Positions 15,403 through 26,355 of a stretch of DNA of 63,711 nucleotides are shown piece after piece (position 1 is the first letter of the stretch; every line of letters starts with the position of its first letter). Origin of the DNA: a virus (lineage: Duplodnaviria > Caudoviricetes); IMG/VR virus record IMGVR_UViG_3300021976_000012, positions 1 through 63,711 of that record; one strand, 5' to 3'. The translations under genes were made by a program, and so were the position numbers. The notes under the pieces are model-generated. The model was not told the origin of the DNA. It did not search any database and was given only the letters and a program-made list of their open reading frames with translations.

Positions 15403-16818
15403 ATGCAATTATTTCCTTTCCAAAAGGAAGCTGTCGATAAGCTTTTTAATGTGAAATCGGCTTTAATTGGCGATGACATGGGTCTTGGAAAAACTCATGA
15501 GGCAATCGCCCTAGACATAAATCGACGAGCACAATTTCCTGATCTGAAACTAAAGACGTTGATCATTTGCCCACTGGCTATGGTGTCCACATGGACAAAG
15601 GCATGGTTCCAGTGGGCACCTGATCTTAGAATACTACCAATCAATAATAAAGACAGAAAATTTTTTGTCGACCAGTTGACAGATGACTACCACGACGTGT
15701 ACATTTGTCACTGGCCAGCTCTACGATTAATTCCAGAACTAGTAGATGTGAAATGGTTTCATGTAATTGCAGATGAAGCACATGCAATGCAAAATAGAAA
15801 GTCTAAGCAGTCAGTTGCTATTAAGCAAATCCCCACAGGGTACAAAACTGCCCTAACAGGGACGCCAGCATATGACAAGCCCGACGATCTTTGGAGCATT
15901 CTGAATTGGCTGTACCCGCGTTACTGGACTAGTTATTGGCAGTACTTCAACGAACATGTAATGTATGCCAATTTCAATGGGTACAAATCAATCATTGGTG
16001 TCAACAATCCTGAGAAGCTACAAAACGAAATGGCAGCTTTCTATATACGTCGTAAGAAGGAAGACGTACTAACAGATCTGCCAGAGAAATACTACACACA
16101 AATAGATGTTGACCTGACACCACAACAACGTCGAGCATACAACTCAATGAAGAATGATATGCTCGCTTGGATTGGTAGTCAAGAAGCACTACCAGTTGTT
16201 GCTCCTGTGGTGATTGCTCAGCTAACTCGACTTCAACAATTCGCCTGTGCGTTTGCAGAGTGGAATGAAGTCAAGCAAAAAATGATGCTTTCAGAACCAT
16301 CTAGCAAAATAGATGCTGTTATGGAAGTCATCAAAGAAGCTGGATCAGCACAGATCGTAATATTCAGTCAGTTCGCTCAGGTTATTAAGTTACTAGCTAA
16401 GAGGCTGGAAGCAAATGGGATCACCTGTGGTAAGTTTATTGGGGAAACCCCAGCCGATGAGCGTTCTAGAATCATCTCTGATTTTCAAGATGGAAAAATA
16501 CAAATTTTTGCTGGTACAATAGCTGCTGGTGGTGTTGGCATTACGCTAACTGCCGCCAGTATTGTTATTTTCACAGATAGATCTTGGTCCAACGCTCTGA
16601 ATTTACAGGCAGAGGACAGACTCCATCGCATAGGTCAACAATCTGCCGTACAAGTCATCGACATCATTGCCAAGGATACCATCGATGCTAAGCGTATTAG
16701 AGGTATTCAACTAAAATGGACTTGGATACAGAGATTGATTGGCGATATAAAGTTTGATCCAGAAAATGATGACACCATTGACTTGGGTGAAGATGACTAT
16801 GAGGTATTTGATGAGTGA
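15403..16818 (+). CDS. SNF2-family DNA helicase
   Basis: DDMGLGKT, DEAH, LTGTP, QAEDRLHRIGQ. Confidence 0.95.
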   Translation: MQLFPFQKEAVDKLFNVKSALIGDDMGLGKTHEAIALDINRRAQFPDLKLKTLIICPLAMVSTWTKAWFQWAPDLRILPINNKDRKFFVDQLTDDYHDVYICHWPALRLIPELVDVKWFHVIADEAHAMQNRKSKQSVAIKQIPTGYKTALTGTPAYDKPDDLWSILNWLYPRYWTSYWQYFNEHVMYANFNGYKSIIGVNNPEKLQNEMAAFYIRRKKEDVLTDLPEKYYTQIDVDLTPQQRRAYNSMKNDMLAWIGSQEALPVVAPVVIAQLTRLQQFACAFAEWNEVKQKMMLSEPSSKIDAVMEVIKEAGSAQIVIFSQFAQVIKLLAKRLEANGITCGKFIGETPADERSRIISDFQDGKIQIFAGTIAAGGVGITLTAASIVIFTDRSWSNALNLQAEDRLHRIGQQSAVQVIDIIAKDTIDAKRIRGIQLKWTWIQRLIGDIKFDPENDDTIDLGEDDYEVFDE

Positions 16819-17266
16819 AGACCAATATCTTGTATCAATAGAGGATCGTCACGAAGCTAGAAATTTAGCTCGTATGATGTTCATAGTAATAATGAGCTTA
16901 CCTGGAGGTAGTCACCTATTACTTAGACATCTAGATGGCGAGGAGTTACCAAAGTGGGTAACGGAGGGGCCAAAACGTGCCAGAACTAGATGAAATAATT
17001 AATAAGAAGTGGTACGTGCATCCAAACCATCATTCACCAGGTGGTTGGAATATCAGTACGAATAAAGAAGATCTACCAAGCGAAATTCCAGCCGCTGTAG
17101 TGAATATGATCATTAATAAAGAAGTTGCTGAGCACATAGTTGAAATTCATAACTCGTGGTTCGCAATGAAATTTATTGGTGAAGGAATAAAAAACTTCTT
17201 CGAAGATGTCAATAAATCACTTACTAGTTTTAATGACAAAATGAAAACTGAGGGTATACACAAAAT

Positions 17267-18001
17267 ATGATTACTGAAGAGAACTGGGTTAACTTTATAC
17301 AAACATTTTTTGGTGCCAGTAATGCTCCAGCAGAATGGATTCATCATGTAGCTGCTGGTTGGAATCATAATAAAAATGAAGCAGGTTGTCACTGCTCATA
17401 TACATGGTACTCAGGTCCAGTAGAATGTGATGTATATACTGGAATCAGAGATGCCAAAGAACAATTCGAGTTGGCAAACACTTCAGATATTCCAATCTAT
17501 GAAGATGATATCAAGCCAGTTGATCTAGCAGGTGTTGAAAACTATATTGAACGTGGACATGATGGTGACTTCTACGAAGTAGATGAACCTGTAAAGGATG
17601 TGGTTGCAGCTTTTGAAGGTGGAGAGCATGGCACCACAGGTAGGTCGCTTCCAACTGAAGATTATCTCGATGCTCTAAAGCCTAATGATACTCAAATTCT
17701 TTCATCATTGATCGAAACAGGTGCACATCCTAAACTCAAGGATCTTGTTGCTGAGTATAAGGCTACAACAAAGTCTGGAACGTCCGGTGGAGTCGAACTT
17801 ACAGATGATGTTGTTAATCAATTAGCTGATGAAGCTGAAGATGGATATGATCCTAAAACTCTTCGCCCATATACAGAAACTGATATTAAAGCTATAACCG
17901 AATATATGGAGGCGTTCGGGCCTTCAGATGAAGCACAAGCTGTAGAAGACTTCGAAGAGGATGGGCCAGGACATGGATACTGGGAAAAAGGGGACCACTG
18001 A
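17267..18001 (+). CDS. acidic hypothetical protein
   Basis: 244 aa, D/E-rich. Confidence 0.7.
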   Translation: MITEENWVNFIQTFFGASNAPAEWIHHVAAGWNHNKNEAGCHCSYTWYSGPVECDVYTGIRDAKEQFELANTSDIPIYEDDIKPVDLAGVENYIERGHDGDFYEVDEPVKDVVAAFEGGEHGTTGRSLPTEDYLDALKPNDTQILSSLIETGAHPKLKDLVAEYKATTKSGTSGGVELTDDVVNQLADEAEDGYDPKTLRPYTETDIKAITEYMEAFGPSDEAQAVEDFEEDGPGHGYWEKGDH

Positions 18002-18449
18002 GTTCTTCGATCTATGCGCTATCTGCGGTCATGACATAAACAGTAGAGTAGACATCGCTGAAGTTAAATATGCCGCTTGTGAATTTAGTTTGTCATATCC
18101 AGGTAATTATTCCACTATGCTTACAAAATATCATTCTATTTGCACATATGGTGGATGTATGCCTGACATGGACTACCGTAACAAAACAGGTCAATACCAA
18201 GAGTAATAGATTTTTGAGCACGTACGTGCACATCAAGATCAATGTGAACGTACGTGCACATGGATTTATTAATCAACTAACAGAAAGAATAACAATGAAA
18301 CCAGATAAGCCCGCTAACATCATCAACCACATTGGTCGTGTAAAGCCAGACTTCAATCCAGACTACGCAGTTTACGTACAATCGACTTCTGTTAATCGTA
18401 AGCTAAAGGCTGGCACTAAGTACCTTTATCTCGTTAGTTAGGAAGTCAA

Positions 18450-18695
18450 ATGCCTGCTCGTCAACAAATTGGTGGATACTACTTCGCAATATCTATCAAT
18501 CGAATTTTTAATTCTATTACTATCGGTAATAACATAGTAATAGATGTTGATAAAGATGGTAAGATTATAGGAATAGAAACGATTGGTAGAGAGTTTGACG
18601 AAGAAGTAATGATGGAGATTATTAGATCATTTGTTTATCCAGAGGCTATTATACTTCCAACTGGTAGACCTTTAGTTTTAGAGTTTAGGAAGTAA
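18450..18695 (+). CDS. DUF2283-like protein
   Basis: IVIDVDKDGKIIGIE motif. Confidence 0.55.
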   Translation: MPARQQIGGYYFAISINRIFNSITIGNNIVIDVDKDGKIIGIETIGREFDEEVMMEIIRSFVYPEAIILPTGRPLVLEFRK

Positions 18696-18696
18696 C

Positions 18697-19950
18697 ATGC
18701 CTTTAGTAGTTGACCCTGATATTCAACGGTTGTATCTAGATAATCACCTATCTCACCAATTGCACACTTCTGAGCGTAAAGCTTTCAGAGCTTGTCGTAG
18801 ACGCTGGAATTGGGTGTACAATGATATGTACGCTCCACTGGTTACTGCTGAACCATTAGAGTTTGGTGTAGCTTTCCACGCTGCTATGGAAGTTTTTTAT
18901 GAGCCACGTACTTGGACAGCCGATCTGGAAATTCGGGTCGACCTGGCGCTCGTAGCGTTCCGTAGGAAGTGCGAGGAGCACCTAAAGTCATACAAAAAGC
19001 TCAACGCAGATCCTGACGTGACAGTTCTTGAATCTTACAAAACTCGGGTTGACCTTGGTCTAAAAATGATTCGCTACTACTGCGAGAGAATGACTCCACA
19101 CTATGACAAGCGGTGGACTCCTGTAGAAGTAGAAGTATCATTCGAGGTACCGCTAAAGCACCCTGATACTGGTGAACAACTGTGGTGCAAGTGTAAACGA
19201 TGCTGGAAGCGTTATGTCAAATGGAATGATGCTCTAGACGAAAAAGATTCGCTTAAGATTAAAGATCGAGCTAATGCTTTTAGTATCTGGCAAGGTCTTC
19301 CTGTAACATATGGTGGACGTCTTGACGCATTGTTCCAAGATGAACAAGGACGATACTGGATTGTTGACTGGAAGACTACATCTAGAATGTTGGACGAAGA
19401 TGCCGAAGCATCATTCCTACAACTAGATGACCAGATTGTGTCCTACCTGTGGGCTCTATCTCAGTATGGAATTGAATGCTCTGGGTTCGTCTATGTTGAA
19501 ATCAAGAAAGCATTCCCGGCACCGCCAGAACTATTAACTCGTAAATACAAAGGTAAGATGTACTCAACCAACGTACAGAATCTTACTACATACGAAATGG
19601 CATTGAGGACATTCCGAGAACTAGATAGTGATGCTTGGCAGATGGGACTGTATGATGACTACCTCCGGTGGCTTCAGCTTGATGGTCCTAAGTTTACTCA
19701 ACGGCATCAAATTCATAAGAATCAATCAGAAATCACCAACGCTGGAATTGCAATTGCAAATGAAGCTTTGGATATGATTGGTGAACCTCGGGTATACCCT
19801 CAACCTGGTCGCTGGAGTTGTAACTGGTGTCTTTTCAAGCAGCCGTGTTTGGGAATGAATATGGGTGAAGATTTCCAATACACCTTGGATACAATGTTTG
19901 AAAAGCAAACTCAGCTCTATTGGGAAATCAAGGCGGCGAGTACAGACTAA
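18697..19950 (+). CDS. PD-(D/E)XK (Cas4/RecB-like) exonuclease
   Basis: FRACRRRW, FGVAFH, GRLD..IVDWKT, C-terminal CNWCLFKQPC. Confidence 0.9.
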   Translation: MPLVVDPDIQRLYLDNHLSHQLHTSERKAFRACRRRWNWVYNDMYAPLVTAEPLEFGVAFHAAMEVFYEPRTWTADLEIRVDLALVAFRRKCEEHLKSYKKLNADPDVTVLESYKTRVDLGLKMIRYYCERMTPHYDKRWTPVEVEVSFEVPLKHPDTGEQLWCKCKRCWKRYVKWNDALDEKDSLKIKDRANAFSIWQGLPVTYGGRLDALFQDEQGRYWIVDWKTTSRMLDEDAEASFLQLDDQIVSYLWALSQYGIECSGFVYVEIKKAFPAPPELLTRKYKGKMYSTNVQNLTTYEMALRTFRELDSDAWQMGLYDDYLRWLQLDGPKFTQRHQIHKNQSEITNAGIAIANEALDMIGEPRVYPQPGRWSCNWCLFKQPCLGMNMGEDFQYTLDTMFEKQTQLYWEIKAASTD

Positions 19951-20178
19951 TGCACCTTCTTGGCAAGGTGATGCTGTTTATCTCAGCCGTAGTCATAATT
20001 GAACTGATAATTATTGCGATTATTATAATCGTAAAGGTGATCACTTAATGAAACGATGGATTCGACAGTATATCTATTCGGTTGCGTTTCTGCATATCTG
20101 TGGCGAGAGTGCATGGCCTGGGAATGTGCGATTTGTTTGGAAATATGTTGGATCAGAACTAATGAGGGACAATAAATA

Positions 20179-20688
20179 ATGGGTAACGTTTATTATGATA
20201 CTGAATTCCTTGAAGACGGCAAGACTATCGAGTTGATTTCCATTGGAATGGTTAACGCGCTTGGTGAAACGTATTATGCCATCAGTGAGCAAATGCCAAT
20301 GGAACGTATTCTAGATCACCCATGGCTTATGGAAAATGTAATGCCGCATTTGCCTAAGTTAGACAGTGGAGATCCTGCTATTAAGAGCAGGGCAACCATT
20401 GCTGACGAGGTAAAGGAATTTATTACTCGTCACCCTAATCCTAAGCTATGGGCCTGGTACGGTGCGTACGATCACGTAGTGCTATGTCAATTGTTTGGAA
20501 CTATGGTTGGACTTCATGATACTGGAATTCCAATGTTTACAAATGATCTACGCCAAGCGGTGGATGGTTTTTCTTTTAGACTTCCTAAGCAAGTTAGTAC
20601 TGAACACAATGCTCTTGATGATGCTATGTGGGTAAAAGATTCATACGAATGGTTTGTAGCCAAAAAAGCAAAACTAATCACAGGATGA
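20179..20688 (+). CDS. DEDD 3'-5' exoribonuclease (Rv2179c/RNase AS-like)
   Basis: YDTEFLEDG..IELISIG, LWAWYGAYDHVVLCQLFG, HNALDDA. Confidence 0.9.
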   Translation: MGNVYYDTEFLEDGKTIELISIGMVNALGETYYAISEQMPMERILDHPWLMENVMPHLPKLDSGDPAIKSRATIADEVKEFITRHPNPKLWAWYGAYDHVVLCQLFGTMVGLHDTGIPMFTNDLRQAVDGFSFRLPKQVSTEHNALDDAMWVKDSYEWFVAKKAKLITG

Positions 20689-21807
20689 ACAATGACACCC
20701 AAACAACGTCGAGAATTTCTAGAATCACTGCCATACGTAAAGCGTCTAGAATTTTCATTTGAGTGTGATGGATACAAGCCTATGTCTATGAAGGCTATGT
20801 TCGATCCAGTTCTCAAAGAGCGCTATGCTTGTAAACTACCAGCATACTGGCAATTCAAAGCTATAAAGAACAGCAGATATAGTAAAAGCGGAATCTACTG
20901 TATGCATCATCTGATTAGCGATGGTACTAGTTGTGGTGATGATGAACAAGCACGTACTCACAAACATTGGAATAAATTTAAGGAAGAAGTATTAAAAATT
21001 GATATTCAAACTCAAATATAGAAAAGATCAACTCAGTTTTGATCGTCGCATTCATGTTCAAATGTTTGTAGGTAGTAATCTGGATGCCTTACAACTAAGT
21101 GGCAGTCTTGTTTTTGATGAAGAAGAGTGGGCTATCTTCTTCGATGTTATTACTGCTGCAACTCGTGAGGACATTCTTGATTCAGAGTTTGTACAAGTTC
21201 TTGTTGAAGAAGCAGGTGATAGCTATTAAGCTTTATGCTCATGATCTACGTGGTATTGCTGATGCCCTAGACAATCTAGGAACAGCTCATGGCATTAAGA
21301 TTACCACTTTTAAATATGGCAGCTTAACAGTTACTGTTGATGAGATATCTGATCAGAAAGATGGAAGGAGTTTATTCGTAACAAGCATCAGTGATAGTAT
21401 TCAGTCAACTCCACCACCATGGCAACAACATCATAGAAGCGATAAGTAATGTGGGAAGAGAAAAAGATAGAGCAAATACACAAGTGCAACTTCCCAGAAG
21501 AACGATTGAGTGCCGCCAATCTTGGAGATGTTTGGCTCTGTGATGGTTCTAGTTGTAACAAAAGATACATAGTTGTAAATAGGGAAGTGGCCAATATGGT
21601 TGCATTCCCAACTCTTGTACCATTAAGACCTTGGCATTTAGAATTTTGGAAATCGATTTCTTGGTGAGGTATTTATATGGTCTGCGAATACTGTCGTGGT
21701 GTGCTTCACAGTAAGCAACCTAAGAAATGCAAGGGTGGCACATGGTGTGATTGTGCCCATAGACTTCCAACCGAAATTATAAGGCAACTAAAGGAAGAAG
21801 TAAAGTA

Positions 21808-22104
21808 ATGAATGAGCAAGACCCGAACAAGCAGATGAATGAAGAACCTACTCTAGTACTTGATGATGCCACCAATAAGGAAATAGCTGACTTTCTAGCT
21901 GACCCATCCACAGGTACAGTGTGGACTGGGCGTGAGAATCGCCGTCTTGGACTTTCTCCAGAAGAGGAAGTCGAAGGTGAGAACTTCGAAGCTGACGGTA
22001 ATGACGAAGACAGCGATCTAGAAGACGAAGACGATTTCGAAGATGACGATGAAGAAGACGAAGACGATGATGATGACGAAGAAGAGACTATTGTTGTCAA
22101 CTGA
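21808..22104 (+). CDS. very acidic small protein
   Basis: C-terminal half is almost entirely D/E. Confidence 0.7.
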   Translation: MNEQDPNKQMNEEPTLVLDDATNKEIADFLADPSTGTVWTGRENRRLGLSPEEEVEGENFEADGNDEDSDLEDEDDFEDDDEEDEDDDDDEEETIVVN

Positions 22105-22129
22105 TTGACAGGTTTGATGGTCTAGTCTC

Positions 22130-22159
22130 TTGCGCGACGCTGACCTGCGATGGTAGACT
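22130..22159 (+). promoter_or_regulatory. putative promoter for the recombination genes
   Basis: TTGCGC-N18-TAGACT with an extended TG. Confidence 0.45.
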
Positions 22160-22226
22160 GAAGCACTAAAGAAAACAGAAACGAATCGCCTCAATTCGGA
22201 CAAATGGGTTATTAAGGATTCGTTAA

Positions 22227-22985
22227 ATGTCGCTAAATACCATCGCAGGTCTAGCAATTTCAAAAGTATCCATCCAAGAGCCTTCCGCAAACATCCTAAT
22301 TTTTGGGGAGTCAGGAGCAGGAAAGACTACGCTCGCAGGTTCTGCTGATGCTGTTCCTGAAATGCGTAAGGTTCTTATATTGGACATTGAGGGTGGACTA
22401 CTCTCTTTGAAGGACAGATACCCAAACGTAGATAGCGTCAGAATCAAAACTTGGTCTGACCTACAATCAGTTTATGACGAGCTATATGCTGGTGCTCATG
22501 GTTATAAGACCATCATCCTAGACAGTCTTACTGAGGCTCAGAAGATGTCTATGGATACAGTGATGCGCAAGCTCGTTGAAATGCATGAAGAACGTGATGC
22601 GGATGTTCCAGGAATCCGTGAGTGGAATATTAACATTGAACAAACGCGGAAGTTTGTTCGTGCATTACGTGACCTACCTGTAACTACGATTTTCACAGCG
22701 CTTGCCAAACAGGACAAGAATCAAAAAACCGGCGTGACTAAAACTAAACCTTCACTTTCAGGCAAAGTAGCAGATGAAGTCGCCGGCTTTCTTGATATAG
22801 TAGCTTACCTATATACCAAGGAGGTTGACGGAGAACAAAAACGTGTGCTACTAAGCCATGCGACCCAGGATACCATCGCCAAAGATCGTACCGGTAAATT
22901 GGAACAGACCATATTAGACCCCACCATGTTTACAATATGGAATGCGATTAAGGGATCAAGCAATGACGCAACCGTTGAAGGTTAA
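22227..22985 (+). CDS. Sak4-like AAA ATPase / ssDNA-annealing protein
   Basis: GESGAGKT, LDIEGG, IILDSLTE, AKDR. Confidence 0.88.
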   Translation: MSLNTIAGLAISKVSIQEPSANILIFGESGAGKTTLAGSADAVPEMRKVLILDIEGGLLSLKDRYPNVDSVRIKTWSDLQSVYDELYAGAHGYKTIILDSLTEAQKMSMDTVMRKLVEMHEERDADVPGIREWNINIEQTRKFVRALRDLPVTTIFTALAKQDKNQKTGVTKTKPSLSGKVADEVAGFLDIVAYLYTKEVDGEQKRVLLSHATQDTIAKDRTGKLEQTILDPTMFTIWNAIKGSSNDATVEG

Positions 22986-23424
22986 TTTTTCATCTAACGA
23001 AGCCAGTTCTGAGGCTCGCGTTATTCCCCCGTCGGGCGAATACACCGTTAATATTACTGACGGTAACATTAAAGAAGTCAAGCCAGGTAAGAAGAACACA
23101 GGCAAGCCGTTCTGGCAGCTAACGTACATCATCCAAGAGGGTCCTTATGATGGCGTTAGTCTCATGTCTTCAGTTATGCTTTTCGATGGCGCGCTATACT
23201 CATTCGCGCAGCTAATGAAGGCTCTAGGATATGATGTTAATGCTGGAGACTTCGTGGTACCTGAACTACAAAGTGTCATTGGTAAGACGATCAATGTTAA
23301 GGGTCTAAAGAAGCCAGCCGAAACTAAGGATGGCACTGAACTTAACGAGCGCTTTGAAATTCGTAGTTACAAGGCAGCGGCTAAGCCTGCTCCTAACGCA
23401 GCAAGCAACAGCCTACTTCCGTAG
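22963..23424 (+). CDS. ssDNA-binding protein (DUF669-like)
   Basis: PPSGEY.V.I motif; position after Sak4. Confidence 0.7.
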   Translation: MTQPLKVNFSSNEASSEARVIPPSGEYTVNITDGNIKEVKPGKKNTGKPFWQLTYIIQEGPYDGVSLMSSVMLFDGALYSFAQLMKALGYDVNAGDFVVPELQSVIGKTINVKGLKKPAETKDGTELNERFEIRSYKAAAKPAPNAASNSLLP

Positions 23425-23451
23425 GATTAGTTTTGTTATAACAATGTGACG

Positions 23452-23496
23452 AAGGCCAGTCCATATCTACTGGAATTAGATATGGGCTGGTCTTTT
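23452..23496 (+). terminator. intrinsic terminator
   Basis: AAGGCCAGTCCATATCTA/TAGATATGGGCTGGTCTTTT. Confidence 0.75.
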
Positions 23497-23514
23497 ACAT
23501 CCTAAGGGGTAAGT

Positions 23515-25746
23515 ATGACAGCATACTCCACCTTCCGGGATGCAGTAGATGACACACAGGTACAACGATACAATTTCTTTAGACTAATCTTCGGTGAGCG
23601 TGAAACAGGATACGTATGTATAGCGTATAAGAGCCATCTTAGTAAGCAGATGGAAGAGAAGTTCTTTCACTATCCAACTCAGTTGGAAGAAATGTGCAAG
23701 GACATCGACAAGAGAGCAATCACGCTTACACACGTATATTTCTGCCCGCAGTTGCTAGACGGCAACAAAAGAAGACGTAAAGAAAATGTAGTTAAGTGTC
23801 CTGTACTGTGGGCCGATCTAGACACTTGTAATCCACAACACTTACAAGTACCGGCTTCTATTGTAGTTCAGTCTAGTCAAGGAAGATGGCAAGCCTTTTG
23901 GCGCATGGAGGACGCGCTTCCGCCTCAGGAAGCCGAAACTCTATGTATGAAGATAGCATACTTCCATAAAGAACAGGGTGCAGATAGTAGCGGGTGGGAT
24001 TTAACGCAGCTACTAAGAGTACCATACACGCCGAACTATAAGTATGGCGATCTAACAACTGCTCCAATTGTAGTGGTAACAACAATTGCTGAGAGTCTAT
24101 ATCGTGTATCCGATTTCGATGTATACCCAGCATATGACGCATTAAAGTTCATCGATGACCCGATACCTATTCAGGCGGATCTCCCACAGGAAACCCCGCT
24201 AGAAATTATGCAACGGTATCGTCGATCAATGAATCCTATTGCATTTCAACTGTTTGATGAAGACCCTGGCGAAGGTGACGATTGGAGTAAAATCCAATGG
24301 AAGCTAGCTAAGATCTGCAACGAAGCCGGGATGAAATCGGAAGAAACATTTGTAATCGTTAAGGGTTCACGTTGCAATAAGTATGCAAGAGATGGTCGAC
24401 CAGATACAGCTCTGTGGACCGAAATCAAAAAGGTATATGTCAAAGAAATTGAATATCACGATCTAGTACCAACACCTACAGCAGTTATTCCTGAGATCAT
24501 TTCGGACGATGAAGTTAAGCTAGCACAGTCTCGGGAAACTTTCATTGAGCGATACATAAAATGGGCCTCAGATTTGACCGATGCTGCTCCTCAGTACCAT
24601 CAAGCTGGTGCTTTTGTAATACTTTCTGGAATATTATCCGGGGCAATCAGACTAGATACATCATTCGGAATCATCATTCCTAATCTATGGTTTATGATAT
24701 TAGCAGATACAACACTAACTCGTAAATCGACTGCCATGGATATCTCAATGGAATTGCTTTCAGACGTAAGTCCAGATGCAATTATGGCAACGGATGGTAC
24801 TCCAGAGGGTATTCTAACAGCACTAAAAGATAGACCAAAGCAACCATCTATCTACTTCCGTGATGAGTTCACAGGCTTGCTTGATGCCATGGTTAATAAG
24901 GACTACATGGCTGGCATGGCTGAGCAGTTCACCAAGTTGTATGATGGTAAACAAATCAAGAGACTTCTTAGAAAAGAAGAGATTAGGATTGACAATCCAC
25001 GATTCATCATGTTCACTGGTGGAGTCAAGACTAAGACACAGAACCTACTAACTGAAGAACACATCAATAGCGGATTCATTCCTAGGTTCATCTTCATTAC
25101 TGCTGTAGCAGATAGGTCTAGAGTCCGACCTGTGGGTCCTCCAATAAATATAAACATGGAAGCGAAAGGTAAAATTAGAGATGAACTAAATGACATTAAC
25201 TTCAAGTTCAACAGTCCACGTATGATTGTTATGCCAGATGGTAAGACATCTGCACATCTAAAGCCAGACTTTGAAGCAGTATTAACTGAGGAAGCCTGGA
25301 CTAGATATAATGAACTTGAAGAAACATTAACAAATGCAGCATTAGATACTGGGTTGCCACACCTTACTCCTGTGTATGACCGACTAGCAAAGTCAACTTT
25401 AAAGGCGGCTATTCTGATTGCAGCATCGGAGGCTGATGGAGAGCATGACAGTATTACAGTAGGAATACAACACATCATACATGCAATTTATTACTGTAGA
25501 CACTGGCACACATACGCTAGTGAGATCGTCAATGGAATTGGCAAGAGTCAAGATGAACGTACTATTGATCAGATTGTTAAATTCGTAGAGGATGCTGGAG
25601 CTTTGGGCATGGGTCGTTCTGACATCATGCGCAAGTTCCGTTTGGACTCTCGTCGTGCTGAACTTCTACTTACCACAATCCATCAGCGTCGTCTCTTGTT
25701 CATAAATCAGTTCCAAGGACAACCGAGATACGTTGGGAATCGCTGA
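23515..25746 (+). CDS. RepB-like DNA primase fused to a DUF3987-like helicase domain
   Basis: VYFCP, LWADLD, SSQGRWQAFW, LLRVPYTPNYKY; RKST, RDEF, GFIPRF. Confidence 0.88.
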   Translation: MTAYSTFRDAVDDTQVQRYNFFRLIFGERETGYVCIAYKSHLSKQMEEKFFHYPTQLEEMCKDIDKRAITLTHVYFCPQLLDGNKRRRKENVVKCPVLWADLDTCNPQHLQVPASIVVQSSQGRWQAFWRMEDALPPQEAETLCMKIAYFHKEQGADSSGWDLTQLLRVPYTPNYKYGDLTTAPIVVVTTIAESLYRVSDFDVYPAYDALKFIDDPIPIQADLPQETPLEIMQRYRRSMNPIAFQLFDEDPGEGDDWSKIQWKLAKICNEAGMKSEETFVIVKGSRCNKYARDGRPDTALWTEIKKVYVKEIEYHDLVPTPTAVIPEIISDDEVKLAQSRETFIERYIKWASDLTDAAPQYHQAGAFVILSGILSGAIRLDTSFGIIIPNLWFMILADTTLTRKSTAMDISMELLSDVSPDAIMATDGTPEGILTALKDRPKQPSIYFRDEFTGLLDAMVNKDYMAGMAEQFTKLYDGKQIKRLLRKEEIRIDNPRFIMFTGGVKTKTQNLLTEEHINSGFIPRFIFITAVADRSRVRPVGPPININMEAKGKIRDELNDINFKFNSPRMIVMPDGKTSAHLKPDFEAVLTEEAWTRYNELEETLTNAALDTGLPHLTPVYDRLAKSTLKAAILIAASEADGEHDSITVGIQHIIHAIYYCRHWHTYASEIVNGIGKSQDERTIDQIVKFVEDAGALGMGRSDIMRKFRLDSRRAELLLTTIHQRRLLFINQFQGQPRYVGNR

Positions 25747-26355
25747 CATGCCTTATATGGGCGTTGGTATATTTGATGGCAATAACAAAATAATTATAAA
25801 GCTTCATGGTCCGCTAGAACTATCGATTAGTCCAAGAGAGATACGTGAATCTGCGGAAGCTATTTGGGACAACCATACTACAAAGGCGAACAATATTATT
25901 CCAATAAGAGTGCAAGAATTAGCTGATCATCTTAGAGATATCTTTTGTGACGGTAAAGATATTCTATGGGTTAATGTAGAATACCAGTCGCCATCTAATG
26001 GAAATATCTTCGGTGCAAGTGCTGAGAAGGTGCTCGTAGAATATGTCACAACATAATTATGAGAATACATTAGGAACTTCCTACCTAGAAGGTGGTAGAT
26101 ATAGAGATCGTATTAAGTACCAGGATAGACACAGTAAAGGTAAGAGCAGTGGTGTAATATTTTTCATGTGGCTATTATTTGTTGAACTTTGTTTGATGAG
26201 AAGTTTTGGAGAACTAACATTGTTCGTTAGCAATATCAAGAATAAGTTTGCTGCTAGAGTTAATGCTCCTAAGTGGATTCTTGCTGGTGGATCTTACGTT
26301 ATTTTAGCCATGATGGCAACAACTATATTTAGTAATTGACTCCTAAAAGGAGCTT

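Noticed and set aside
21777-22100. Poly-Ser ORF on the minus strand
   Set aside because: Antisense shadow of the D/E-rich gene
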